Of a stretch of DNA of 64,000 nt, positions 33,484 through 42,133 are shown piece by piece (the stretch's first letter is position 1; each line of letters begins with the position of its first letter). A program made the position numbers and the translations under genes. The notes under the pieces were generated by a model. It saw only the letters and a list, made by a program, of their open reading frames with translations. It had not been told where the DNA came from and ran no database searches. The stretch is from Alphaproteobacteria bacterium (lineage in GTDB: Bacteria; Pseudomonadota; Alphaproteobacteria; SP197). The DNA lies in NCBI GenBank assembly GCA_965228895.1, contig OZ245842.1, forward strand, positions 3,104,001-3,168,000, read 5' to 3'.

Positions 33484-34293
33484 ATGCAGACGGGAACCTT
33501 GAAGACGGACGTCGCCGACGTTTTCTACCTTCAGCAGGGCGCAGGCCCCGACATCGTCTGGATACCCGGCGGCGATCAGACGGGAGAGGAATGGGCCGAA
33601 CAGATGGCCGCCTTCCCCGACTACCGCAACACCAGCTTCGATCCGCGCGGCGCTGGCAAGACCGTGGTCCATGAACCCACGCCATGGCCGATCGCGTCGT
33701 TCGCCAAGGACTGCGCGGCGCTGATCCGCGAGGTCTGCACCCCACCGGTCAATCTGGTCGGTCTCTCGATGGGCGCGCTGATCGTGCAAGAGATGGCGCT
33801 CGCTTATCCGGAACTGGTGCGGGTCGCGATCGCCATGGGAACGTCCGGCAGCAAGGCCGGTTTCATCCATGAATGGGAGGATGCGGAGATCCGGTTCCGC
33901 GAATCCGGCGGCACCCTGCCGCCCGACTTCGCCATGGCCCACTACGCGCTCCTGATGTACCCGTCCGAAGTGCTGGGCGACGACGCGCTGTGGGAAAAGG
34001 TGAAGCCGATCGTCGCGGCGGCCTATCGCGAACGCGATGGCGACATGCTGGCCGCGCAGTGGCAGGCGTGCCTGGACTATTCGGCCATGGACCGCCTGCC
34101 CGACTGCACGCGCCCGCTGCACGTCATCGGTTTCGGTCAGGACATGCAGACTCCGCCGGCGCGCGGCAAGCTGGTCGCCGAAGCGGCCAAGGACGGTCAC
34201 TTCCATTTGCTGGAAGGCCTCGGCCACTGTTCGCTGTTCGGGCACAAACCGGAAGTCGTCAGTGCGAAGATCCGCGAGATCATCGAGACCTGA
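33484..34293 (+). CDS. Alpha/beta-fold hydrolase
   Basis: FDPRGAG, nucleophile elbow GLSMG, C-terminal GLGH; RBS GGAGG. Confidence 0.88.
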   Translation: MQTGTLKTDVADVFYLQQGAGPDIVWIPGGDQTGEEWAEQMAAFPDYRNTSFDPRGAGKTVVHEPTPWPIASFAKDCAALIREVCTPPVNLVGLSMGALIVQEMALAYPELVRVAIAMGTSGSKAGFIHEWEDAEIRFRESGGTLPPDFAMAHYALLMYPSEVLGDDALWEKVKPIVAAAYRERDGDMLAAQWQACLDYSAMDRLPDCTRPLHVIGFGQDMQTPPARGKLVAEAAKDGHFHLLEGLGHCSLFGHKPEVVSAKIREIIET

Positions 34294-34295
34294 CG

Positions 34296-34814
34296 GTGAA
34301 GGTCGAACTCATTGTAGCGGGCGATGACGACCGCGCCTTCGTGCAGGAGCTCGGGCGTTTGTACGTCTACGAGATTGCGCGCGTGTTCGGCCCCGATCCC
34401 GAATGGGCGATCGGCAAGGACTGGCTTTATGACGCCGATGACTTCGGCACCTATTGGCAGGACGGCAACCACGCGTTTCTGATAACGGCCGACGATCAGA
34501 TCGCCGGCTTCTGTCTGATCGACCACTATGAGATCGCACCCGGCATCGACTGGAACATGGGGCAGTTCTTTGTTCTCGGTCCCCATACCGGGCGCGGCGT
34601 CGGTAGGCAGGCCGCCACTGCCGCGTTCGCTCGCTTCCCGGGCCGCTGGCAAGTGACCCAGGTGCCCGGCAACGATCCGGCGATCGCGTTCTGGCGACGC
34701 GTCATCGACGACTACACCGGCGGCGGCTTTCTGGAGCAGAGCCTGCCCGATACCCGTCGCGACGACGAACCGCGCAACGTCATGACGTTCGAAAGCCCGG
34801 CGTCACAAACTTGA
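34296..34814 (+). CDS. GNAT-family acetyltransferase
   Basis: MGQFFVLGPHTGRGVGRQAA, GRWQV, NDPAIAFWRRVI. Confidence 0.85.
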   Translation: MKVELIVAGDDDRAFVQELGRLYVYEIARVFGPDPEWAIGKDWLYDADDFGTYWQDGNHAFLITADDQIAGFCLIDHYEIAPGIDWNMGQFFVLGPHTGRGVGRQAATAAFARFPGRWQVTQVPGNDPAIAFWRRVIDDYTGGGFLEQSLPDTRRDDEPRNVMTFESPASQT

Positions 34815-34874
34815 CATAGGGCGCGGTGTCGGCGCGAAGATAACGCGGCAGGTTCCGCCCATCCCAGTCACGGG

Positions 34875-36092
34875 ATGGCGCCTGCCGGGGGCACGGCGCC
34901 GTTGTTGAGTTTCCGTCTATCCCGTCTGCTGGACGTCACCGGCATCCCCCATGCCTTCACCTTTGCCGCGCTTCAGGGCGTGCAGGGCATTGCATGGGCG
35001 CTGCCCGCGGCGATTATTCCCATCGTCGCGCTGGAGCGCCTGGGCGGCGCGCTGGAGGCAAGCGTGTTTTTCTTTGCCGTCAGCTTTGTCGGCCTGTTCG
35101 GCAACATGGCCGGGCCGACATTGATCGATTGGATCGGCCGGCGCCGGACGTTTCTTTTGGGTGGCATCCTGGTCGTTCTCTCCGGCATTTTCTTTCCGAT
35201 GGACGGTATCGTCGCGCTGGTCATCGGCATGGTGTGTTACGTGCTGGGTTTCCTGTGTCTCGATCTCTGCTTCACGGTCGCCTTCATGGAGCGCATTCCG
35301 CGGCGCGCCTTCACCCGCTTCGAGCCGCTGCGCATGATGTTCATGGGCGCCGGTTTCATCATCGGCCCGACACTTGGCGTGCAGCTCAACCTGAGCGTGG
35401 CGCTGTGGGCGCCGTTCGGGTTGATGGCCGCTCTTGGTCTGATCAACGCGGTTTATGCGCTTCAAAGAAAACTGATCGACGAACCGGTAGGTGGGCCGCG
35501 GGGACGTCGCCGGTCGAACCCGCTTCAGTTCGTGCCGCGCTTCACGCGCCAGCCGCGCTTGCGGCTTGCCTGGTTCCTGGCCGTCCTCAGATCGTCGTGG
35601 TGGACGATGTACTTCATCTACGCGCCGATCTATTGCGTCGAGTACGGCCTGGGCGAGGGCTGGGCCGGCATCATTCTGTCGGTCGCCTCGACCTTTATGC
35701 TGTTGGTGCCGCTGTGGGGGCGGCTTGGCCGGCGCATCGGCCTGCGCGCGTTGTTGGCGGCCGGTTACCTGGGCACCGGTTTGCTGTCGATTCTGGTCGC
35801 GCCGGTCGCCGATTGGCCGTCATTGGGCGTTGCCGTTCTGCTGGCCGCAGCGCTCGCCGCCTCGCTGATTGATGCCGCCGGAAACTCGCTTTTCCTGCGC
35901 GCCGTCCACCCCCATGAACGGCCGCAAATGGCGTCGGTGTTCTCGACCTACCGTGAAATCGGCAAGATCGGGCCGCCCGGTCTGTGCGCGGCCTTGCTGG
36001 TCGTTTTCCCCCTGCCCGTGGTGTTTGTCGCGGCCGGCACCTTGGCCGTGACCGGCGCCTGGTACACACGGTTCGTGCCGAGGCGCTATTAG
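34875..36092 (+). CDS. MFS transporter
   Basis: About 12 TMs, motif A-like IDWIGRRRTF and WGRLGRRIG. Confidence 0.85.
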   Translation: MAPAGGTAPLLSFRLSRLLDVTGIPHAFTFAALQGVQGIAWALPAAIIPIVALERLGGALEASVFFFAVSFVGLFGNMAGPTLIDWIGRRRTFLLGGILVVLSGIFFPMDGIVALVIGMVCYVLGFLCLDLCFTVAFMERIPRRAFTRFEPLRMMFMGAGFIIGPTLGVQLNLSVALWAPFGLMAALGLINAVYALQRKLIDEPVGGPRGRRRSNPLQFVPRFTRQPRLRLAWFLAVLRSSWWTMYFIYAPIYCVEYGLGEGWAGIILSVASTFMLLVPLWGRLGRRIGLRALLAAGYLGTGLLSILVAPVADWPSLGVAVLLAAALAASLIDAAGNSLFLRAVHPHERPQMASVFSTYREIGKIGPPGLCAALLVVFPLPVVFVAAGTLAVTGAWYTRFVPRRY

Positions 36093-36267
36093 GCGAACGA
36101 CGCCGATCCATCCTTCACATCAACGTGATGGCTTAAGGCGGCGTAGGGTCGCGGCCCCTGCCCCGTAAGAACGGTAAGCAGCCGTGGGCTTCATGCCGCC
36201 ACCTTGCCGTGGCGGGTCCGTCCCATGGTTTCCGCGTGTCGAGCGCTTCGAGGGGAGAGTAGCTTCG

Positions 36268-37023
36268 ATGTTAAAGACCTTAGCCGTTGCCGCCCTGATC
36301 AGCCCGTTGGGCCTTCAGTCCTTAGACGATCAACTGCAGTCAACGACCGCGTTGGCGACCCAGCCAGCGGTTATCGACCAAGCGTCAGAAGGCGCGTTCG
36401 TCGACGACCTCACCTGGGATGGCGAGGACGCCGGCCTTTATGACGTCCACCACAGATACTGGCACCATGGCGGCCACGGTGGTGAGGGCGGCGAAGGCGG
36501 TGAAGGTGGCGAGGGCTATTACAACATCTATAACTACCCGAGCCACCAGACCTATTACCCCGCCTACACCAACCAACCTTATCAGGCGCCCAAGGGCCAG
36601 TCGTATTTTGGCCCGTGCAACCGCGACAGCCTGATCGGCGCGCTCGCCGGCGGCGCTGCGGGCGGTCTGCTGGGCAGCCAGATCGGCAAGGGTAACGGCC
36701 AGCTCGTCGCCGTCGGCGCCGGCGTCTTGATCGGCGCGCTGTTGGGCCAGGAAGTCGGCTCGCGGCTCAGTGCCGGCGACCTCGCCTGCGCCGAACAGGC
36801 TGGATACCAGGCGCATACCGTGCCGGTCGGCCAGCAGATCGCCTGGAACAACCCGCAGACCGGCAACTCAGGCTACGTCGTGCCGGTGCGCGACGGCACC
36901 CACCAGGGCACCGGCCAGTACTGCCGCGAGTACCAGACGGTGGTCTATGTCGGCGGCCGCCAGGAAAGCGGGTACGGCACGGCGTGCTACCGGCCGGACG
37001 GATCATGGGAAATCATTAACTAG
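36268..37023 (+). CDS. Glycine-zipper 2TM / 17-kDa surface antigen-like (RT0821/Lpp0805) protein
   Basis: GALAGGAAGGLLGSQIGKGNG...GVLIGALLG, WNNPQTGNSG, YCREYQ, GTACYRPDGSW. Confidence 0.85.
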   Translation: MLKTLAVAALISPLGLQSLDDQLQSTTALATQPAVIDQASEGAFVDDLTWDGEDAGLYDVHHRYWHHGGHGGEGGEGGEGGEGYYNIYNYPSHQTYYPAYTNQPYQAPKGQSYFGPCNRDSLIGALAGGAAGGLLGSQIGKGNGQLVAVGAGVLIGALLGQEVGSRLSAGDLACAEQAGYQAHTVPVGQQIAWNNPQTGNSGYVVPVRDGTHQGTGQYCREYQTVVYVGGRQESGYGTACYRPDGSWEIIN

Positions 37024-37035
37024 AGGATCCGGCCT

Positions 37036-38451
37036 CTAGTCGGCTATCTCCGACACGAAGTCCTGGAACTTGCCGGCGGCACTGCGCGGGAGTTCGTCCA
37101 GCTCTGTGACCGTTACGTCGAAGCTTTGGCCGTACTTGTCGCGGACCCAGGCGGCGAGCGCCTTTGCCTCGTCGGCCTGAAGCGGGCGTGAGACCTCGAC
37201 GCGCAGTTCCAGGCACCTGATGTCGTGCTGCACGAATTGATAGCGGTTGATCGGTGCGAGGCTGAGCAAGGCCTTGATGTTGGGCGACGAGAGCAGTGGC
37301 CAATGGCGGTCGCCTGAGGGCATCACCAGCATGTTCTGGGTGCGGCCGTGGATCCGGGTGAGCACCGGCAGGCCGCGCCCGCACGGGCAGGGCTCGCCGA
37401 CCTCCGCATAGTCGCCGATATCGTAGCGCAGCATGGGCATGGCGAAGTTGTGGAGCGGCGTGACGACGACCCGGCCGGTTTCGCCGGGTCCGCAGGGTTC
37501 GCCCGCTTCGTCCAGCACCTCCAACAGCACGCCTTCGCTTTGCACGTGGTAGTGATCGTGGTCCGGGCATTGCAGCGCCAAGTATCCGGCTTCGCGCGCC
37601 GTATACATGTCGACCACAGGCACGTCCCAGGCTTCGCGCACGAGGTCGCGCACGGCCGGTTGCAGGATTTCGGAGATCGTCAGGACCTGCCTGAGATCGG
37701 GCAGTTCGATGCCTTGTTCCAGACATAGGCGCGCGAGATCGGCGGCGTTGCTGGGGTGGGTCAACAGATAATCGGCGTTCTGCCGGACCAGCCACAGGAG
37801 CTGATGGTCGACCGGCGTCAGGATGTTGAGGCTGACGCTTGGCCCCGTGGCGAAGACCGGGTTCGACGAACGGCCCCAACCCGGTGAGACGACGCCATCG
37901 GGATAGGGCGCCTTGCCCACGCCGGACTCGCGCAGGACAGCCAGCGTGCCCGCGCGATCGCGGCGATGCCACAGGTGGTCGCGCTGGGTGAAGGCGCTCC
38001 AGATCATCTCCCACAGTTCCGTGCGCACGGCGCGGATCGGCGTGCCGGTAGAGCCGCTGGTGAAGATCTCCTTTCGGCGGCCATGGCCCGCGGGCAGGCT
38101 ACGGGTAACGAGATCCTCGCCAGCCGCCTGGATATCGGCGCGGGTCAGCAACGGAAGACGCCGCCAAGTGTCGGGGCCCTCCAGGTCAATGGGCGTCAGA
38201 CCTGCGCCCTCGAACCGTTGGCGATAAAACGGCACGGTGAGATAGGCGTGGGCGGCGAGCTTTCCTAGTTGTTCGAACTGAGAGGCAAGCAGCCGCTCGG
38301 GTTGCCACCACTGGCTCTGCTCGAACTGATAAAGCAGCGCCAGGATGGTCGCGTTGCGCCGGTCCGGCAGTGCCGGCCAGACAATGTCGTCGATTGCCGT
38401 TGTCGGCAGATGGTCCTTCACAACGCCAAAACCCGCCTGCCCTGAATACAA
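37036..38451 (-). CDS. Phenylacetate--CoA ligase (PaaK/CapK-like) family adenylate-forming enzyme
   Basis: TSGSTGTP, YTAREAG, GRVVVTPLHNFAMPMLRYDIGD, IHGR, GKF. Confidence 0.85.
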   Translation of the reverse strand: MYSGQAGFGVVKDHLPTTAIDDIVWPALPDRRNATILALLYQFEQSQWWQPERLLASQFEQLGKLAAHAYLTVPFYRQRFEGAGLTPIDLEGPDTWRRLPLLTRADIQAAGEDLVTRSLPAGHGRRKEIFTSGSTGTPIRAVRTELWEMIWSAFTQRDHLWHRRDRAGTLAVLRESGVGKAPYPDGVVSPGWGRSSNPVFATGPSVSLNILTPVDHQLLWLVRQNADYLLTHPSNAADLARLCLEQGIELPDLRQVLTISEILQPAVRDLVREAWDVPVVDMYTAREAGYLALQCPDHDHYHVQSEGVLLEVLDEAGEPCGPGETGRVVVTPLHNFAMPMLRYDIGDYAEVGEPCPCGRGLPVLTRIHGRTQNMLVMPSGDRHWPLLSSPNIKALLSLAPINRYQFVQHDIRCLELRVEVSRPLQADEAKALAAWVRDKYGQSFDVTVTELDELPRSAAGKFQDFVSEIAD

Positions 38452-38521
38452 GACAGACGGGTTCTAGATCATTGGCGCTGACTCCGGAATGGTCAGCAAA
38501 CAGACTTTTTTGGGACCTCGC

Positions 38522-38887
38522 CTACTGCGTCGGCGGGCGGTAGGTCGTGTTGCGGCGGCCGGCTGCGGCGCGGCGCTCCAAGATGTCGTTCCAGGGATCC
38601 CAGGTCGCCAGCGGAACCGGCGAGGTTCTGGGACAGGTCACCAGGAACTCGGTCTCGGGAAAGCGCTGCCGCAGCTTATCGAGGTCATCCTCGGTATCGT
38701 CTGGCAGATCGGTCATATCGATCAGCACAACATTGGGTTTCGGATCGCCCCTGCCCAGCGACATCAACGACTTCAAGTTGACGGCCTGCAGGGTGACGCA
38801 CATTCCCCGATAACCGAAGATATCTGCCAGTTTTTGACGAGAATCCTGGTCGCGCCCGACACAGTAAGCAAAGCTCGATGTTGCCAT
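38522..38887 (-). CDS. Hypothetical protein, atypical receiver-domain-like
   Basis: KPNVVLIDM and LDKLRQRFPETEFLVT resemble receiver beta3 and alpha3-beta4. Confidence 0.5.
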   Translation of the reverse strand: MATSSFAYCVGRDQDSRQKLADIFGYRGMCVTLQAVNLKSLMSLGRGDPKPNVVLIDMTDLPDDTEDDLDKLRQRFPETEFLVTCPRTSPVPLATWDPWNDILERRAAAGRRNTTYRPPTQ

Positions 38888-39334
38888 TGCGGCATCCCCC
38901 ACCTGAGTGGCCAAACTTGCCTCGATTCCAGCCATATTGATTCACCATTTTGAATCTTATGCCTATGGCCGTTACCGAGACATGAGATCATCTTCGTTTG
39001 ATAACCTCTTGACTCAAAACGAAGATACCATAACGGCCAATTCGTATCCAAAAGGTTAACGGATTACAGGGTGGCGTAAGTGCGCGACGTCACACGTCAA
39101 GTGTGCGCGTCGTCACGATCCCGCGTTTTGTGGTTAGACAGGGTGGTTAATCGGCAGAAAACCGCCGATTCCTGAAGGGCGCGATGACGGGCTTAAAACC
39201 CCGCGCCGGCGGCAAAACCCATCGAAAGGGGTGTGATTCCCAGAACACAGTGCTGGCGAAAAAGCACTGAGTCCGACGGACTTGGCGTCGAGTCCTGAGT
39301 CCAAGGACTCGCAAACGGCGCCAAAACTGCATCG

Positions 39335-39613
39335 TTAGGTGTCGAGGATATCGGCGAGCGCGGCGGCGGTCGCCTTACCGGTCTGGACCGGGATGATTTC
39401 GAAGGCAACGAGGTCCGACCACTGGCCGACCCAGCGCTGCAAAAGGCCGATATCGTCGCATTCCATGACCTGAAAACAGCGGCTCATGTCCGCGGCAATC
39501 CAGCTGTCGTGGAAGATCAAGCCGTCGGGCACCATGCGGCCCTGGTCGCGAAACCGGCGGTACACCGCGCGGCCGTCCTGATTGCGGAACGTCTCGATGA
39601 CGAAATAGAGCAT
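39335..39613 (-). CDS. DUF3303-like small protein
   Basis: MLYFVIETF...VYRRFRDQGRMVPDGL...SWI...RCFQVMECDD...WSDLVAFEIIPV; RBS GGGGAGG. Confidence 0.75.
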   Translation of the reverse strand: MLYFVIETFRNQDGRAVYRRFRDQGRMVPDGLIFHDSWIAADMSRCFQVMECDDIGLLQRWVGQWSDLVAFEIIPVQTGKATAAALADILDT

Positions 39614-39656
39614 ATCGGCCCTCCCCTATTCTGGTGGATCAACTTCGTTGGCATGA

Positions 39657-39724
39657 CCGGCCCGCTCCCCTCCCGGCCACCCCAAGGATGCTGCCATGGG
39701 TGGCCGGGAGGGGGAGCGGGCCGG
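39657..39724. repeat. Long REP-like palindrome (26/27-bp arms)
   Basis: CCGGCCCGCTCCCCTCCCGGCCACCC-N15-GGGTGGCCGGGAGGGGGAGCGGGCCGG, one bulged G. Confidence 0.85.
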
Positions 39725-39741
39725 CGCCGAAGCATCATTCT

Positions 39742-40695
39742 TTAGCGGAACAACGCGGATACGGACGATCCGTTGTGAATGGCGCCGATGGCATTGGCGA
39801 ACAACCCGGCGACGGACACCACCTCGACCTTGGAGCTGCGGCGTTCCGCCGGGATCGGGATCGAATTGGTGACGACGACGCGCCCGATCGGCGAACCATC
39901 CAGCTTGGCTTTGGCGTTGCCGGACATAACGGCATGCATGGCGGCGGCTTCGATCCGCTTGGCGCCCCGGCTCTGCAGATAGTCAGCGGCGGCAATCAGT
40001 GTCCCGCCGCTGGCGATCTCGTCATCGACAATCAAGGTGTCTCGCCCTTCGACATCGCCGATCAGGCCGACCGCCACCGGCTGTTCGCTATCGTCGTGCC
40101 GGCGCTTGTCGATGATCGCCATGGGCAGATTCAGCCGATGGGCGTAGTGCTCGAGATCCTTGGCCTCGCCGACATCGCCGGCGACCAGCACCGTATTTTC
40201 CAGCGGCATGGCCTGCAGCAGGTGATCGCAGACCAGAGGCGTAGCGTCGAGCTGATCGACGGGAATGCGGAAAAACCCCTGCACCTGCGGCGAATGCAGG
40301 TTCATGGTCAGCACCCGGTCGGCGCCGGCGGTCTCCAGGAGATCGGCGATCAGGCGCGCGGTGATCGAAATGCGCGGCCGGTCCTTCTTGTCCGAACGCG
40401 CATAGGGAAAATACGGCATGACGGCGGTGATGCGCCGGGCGGACGCGTGCTTCAACGCATCGATCATGATCAGGAGTTCGATAATGCCATCGGAGACAGG
40501 CGGGCAGGATGTCTGAATGACGAAGACATCGCTTTCGCGAACGTTCTCGTTGCACTGAAAGAGGATGTTTTCGTTGCCGAACCGGACGGTTTCGGTCTGC
40601 GTCAGCTCAAGATCAAGACAACCGGCAATCTCCTGGGCGAGATCCGGATGCGACGAGCCGGAGATCAGTTTGATGTCGTTTGCCACCGTCATCAC
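39742..40695 (-). CDS. prs: Ribose-phosphate diphosphokinase (divergent PRPP synthetase)
   Basis: ENVRESDVFVIQT, ELLIMIDALKHASARRITAVMPYFPYARSD, DKRR, IVDDEIASGGT, VVTNSIP. Confidence 0.9.
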   Translation of the reverse strand: MMTVANDIKLISGSSHPDLAQEIAGCLDLELTQTETVRFGNENILFQCNENVRESDVFVIQTSCPPVSDGIIELLIMIDALKHASARRITAVMPYFPYARSDKKDRPRISITARLIADLLETAGADRVLTMNLHSPQVQGFFRIPVDQLDATPLVCDHLLQAMPLENTVLVAGDVGEAKDLEHYAHRLNLPMAIIDKRRHDDSEQPVAVGLIGDVEGRDTLIVDDEIASGGTLIAAADYLQSRGAKRIEAAAMHAVMSGNAKAKLDGSPIGRVVVTNSIPIPAERRSSKVEVVSVAGLFANAIGAIHNGSSVSALFR

Positions 40696-40790
40696 CCCCT
40701 CGCCTGACGGCCCAGGGTTTAGGCCGGGGTGACGCGATTGGCTAGAAAAATTCGGCCGTTAACCCGGCGGCCGCAAGAGTCGGCGCGGCC

Positions 40791-41075
40791 TCAGTTGTTG
40801 GCGGTCAACGGATCGATGACCTGCGAAATCTCCGTAATCTTGTTCGCCGGGATACCACTCAGCTCGGCATGTTCTTTGATCAGGTCTTCGCTCTCGGCGA
40901 GATAGATGCAGAACGTCTTGTCGGCTGCGACGTAACTGTGTTGCCACTGGATCCCGTTGCCAATCTGGCCAATGGCCTGGTTCGAGGCGCGAGACGCACC
41001 ACAAAGTTCGACGATCGACATGGCGCCGACACCAGGAATGTCCCGTTCAATCAAGAACCGCTTCATGGTTGTCAT
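40791..41075 (-). CDS. DUF4242-family small protein
   Basis: FLIERDIPGVG, IQWQHSYVAADKTFCIYLAESEDLIKEHAELSGIPANKITEI. Confidence 0.85.
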   Translation of the reverse strand: MTTMKRFLIERDIPGVGAMSIVELCGASRASNQAIGQIGNGIQWQHSYVAADKTFCIYLAESEDLIKEHAELSGIPANKITEISQVIDPLTANN

Positions 41076-41138
41076 GACTGATCCCCTCAAGTGCGTCGGG
41101 TTTGCCCAACCAATGTCGATCATGTGGGCCAAACATCA

Positions 41139-41176
41139 AGCTAAAGGTGCTTTATCTAGCTAAAGGCGAGCTTTAT
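41139..41176. promoter_or_regulatory. Tandem dyads, putative LysR sites
   Basis: AGCTAAAGG at 41139 and 41158, each forming a TAAAG...CTTTA dyad. Confidence 0.5.
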
Positions 41177-41184
41177 GATAGCCC

Positions 41185-42117
41185 ATGGCCACGGTGACCT
41201 ATCTCAAGTCTCTTCAGGCGCTGGAGCTTGCGGTGCGAACCGGTTCGTTACGCGCGACGGCGGAACACCTCGCGATTACGCCCGCCGCCGTCGGCCAGCG
41301 GATCAAATCTATCGAAGACTATCTTGGGTTGGAACTGGTCGTGCGCGGTCGTTACGGCGTCCACCCGACACCGGCGCTGGAACGCGTCCTGCCCCATCTC
41401 AACGCGGCCTTCGATGAGCTGGAAAAGGCTGCGGAAGCCCTGGACTTCCAACGCGTTCGCGAAATTCACATCGTGGCGAATTCGGATTGGGCCGACCTTT
41501 GGCTGTTTCCCAGGCTGCCGCGATTCAGAGCTCAAAATCCCAACATCCTGTTCTGTGTCAACGGCGTTGGTGACGTCCCGACACGCATTGGGCAGAAAGA
41601 CTGCGAAATCTGGTTTGGCAAATCGCATGCAGCGCATCCAAGCGATAGCCTGTTCAGAGACTATCTGCTGCCGGTGAGTTCGTCAGAGAACAAGCAGCGC
41701 ATCTCCGATCTGCCGGCGGAAGAACGGCTTGAAGGGTTCCCGCTCATTCACCTGGAGTGTTATGCGGATGATCCCGACGCGATCGGCTGGCCGGACTGGA
41801 TCAAGGCGCACGGCTACCGGAATACCGCGCCTGAGCGGGGCGTCAGATACCGCCATGTCACCCATGCGCTTGACGCCGTGCACTCGAGCGCCGGGCTGCT
41901 GATCTGCGGTCTGTCGCTGATACTGGGCGCGGTCGAGAAGGACCATGTTGCGCTGCCGTTTCCGATCTCACTGGGAGCCTGGACCAGCCACGCCTACCAG
42001 GTTCGTTTCCACGACAGATCGCTTCGACGACCACAGGTTCAACGGTTCAGGGACTGGCTGCTGGACGAGAGCGCAACGACCGCCAACGACCTGCATCGGC
42101 TAACCGGCAACCGGTGA
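41185..42117 (+). CDS. LysR-family regulator (GcvA-like)
   Basis: LQALELAVRTGSLRATAEHLAITPAAVGQRIKSIEDYLG, WLFPRLPRF, FRDWL. Confidence 0.9.
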   Translation: MATVTYLKSLQALELAVRTGSLRATAEHLAITPAAVGQRIKSIEDYLGLELVVRGRYGVHPTPALERVLPHLNAAFDELEKAAEALDFQRVREIHIVANSDWADLWLFPRLPRFRAQNPNILFCVNGVGDVPTRIGQKDCEIWFGKSHAAHPSDSLFRDYLLPVSSSENKQRISDLPAEERLEGFPLIHLECYADDPDAIGWPDWIKAHGYRNTAPERGVRYRHVTHALDAVHSSAGLLICGLSLILGAVEKDHVALPFPISLGAWTSHAYQVRFHDRSLRRPQVQRFRDWLLDESATTANDLHRLTGNR

Positions 42118-42133
42118 CAGATCACACCCGAAC

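Noticed and set aside
39208-39240. GGCAAAACCCATCGAAAGGGG resembling a c-di-GMP-I (GEMM) riboswitch
   Set aside because: Lacks the following GACGCAAA and second stem, and lies antisense to the flanking genes
38888-39334. Possible replication origin or CtrA-controlled site
   Set aside because: No good TTATCCACA boxes, no hemE or dnaA nearby, no canonical TTAA-N7-TTAA
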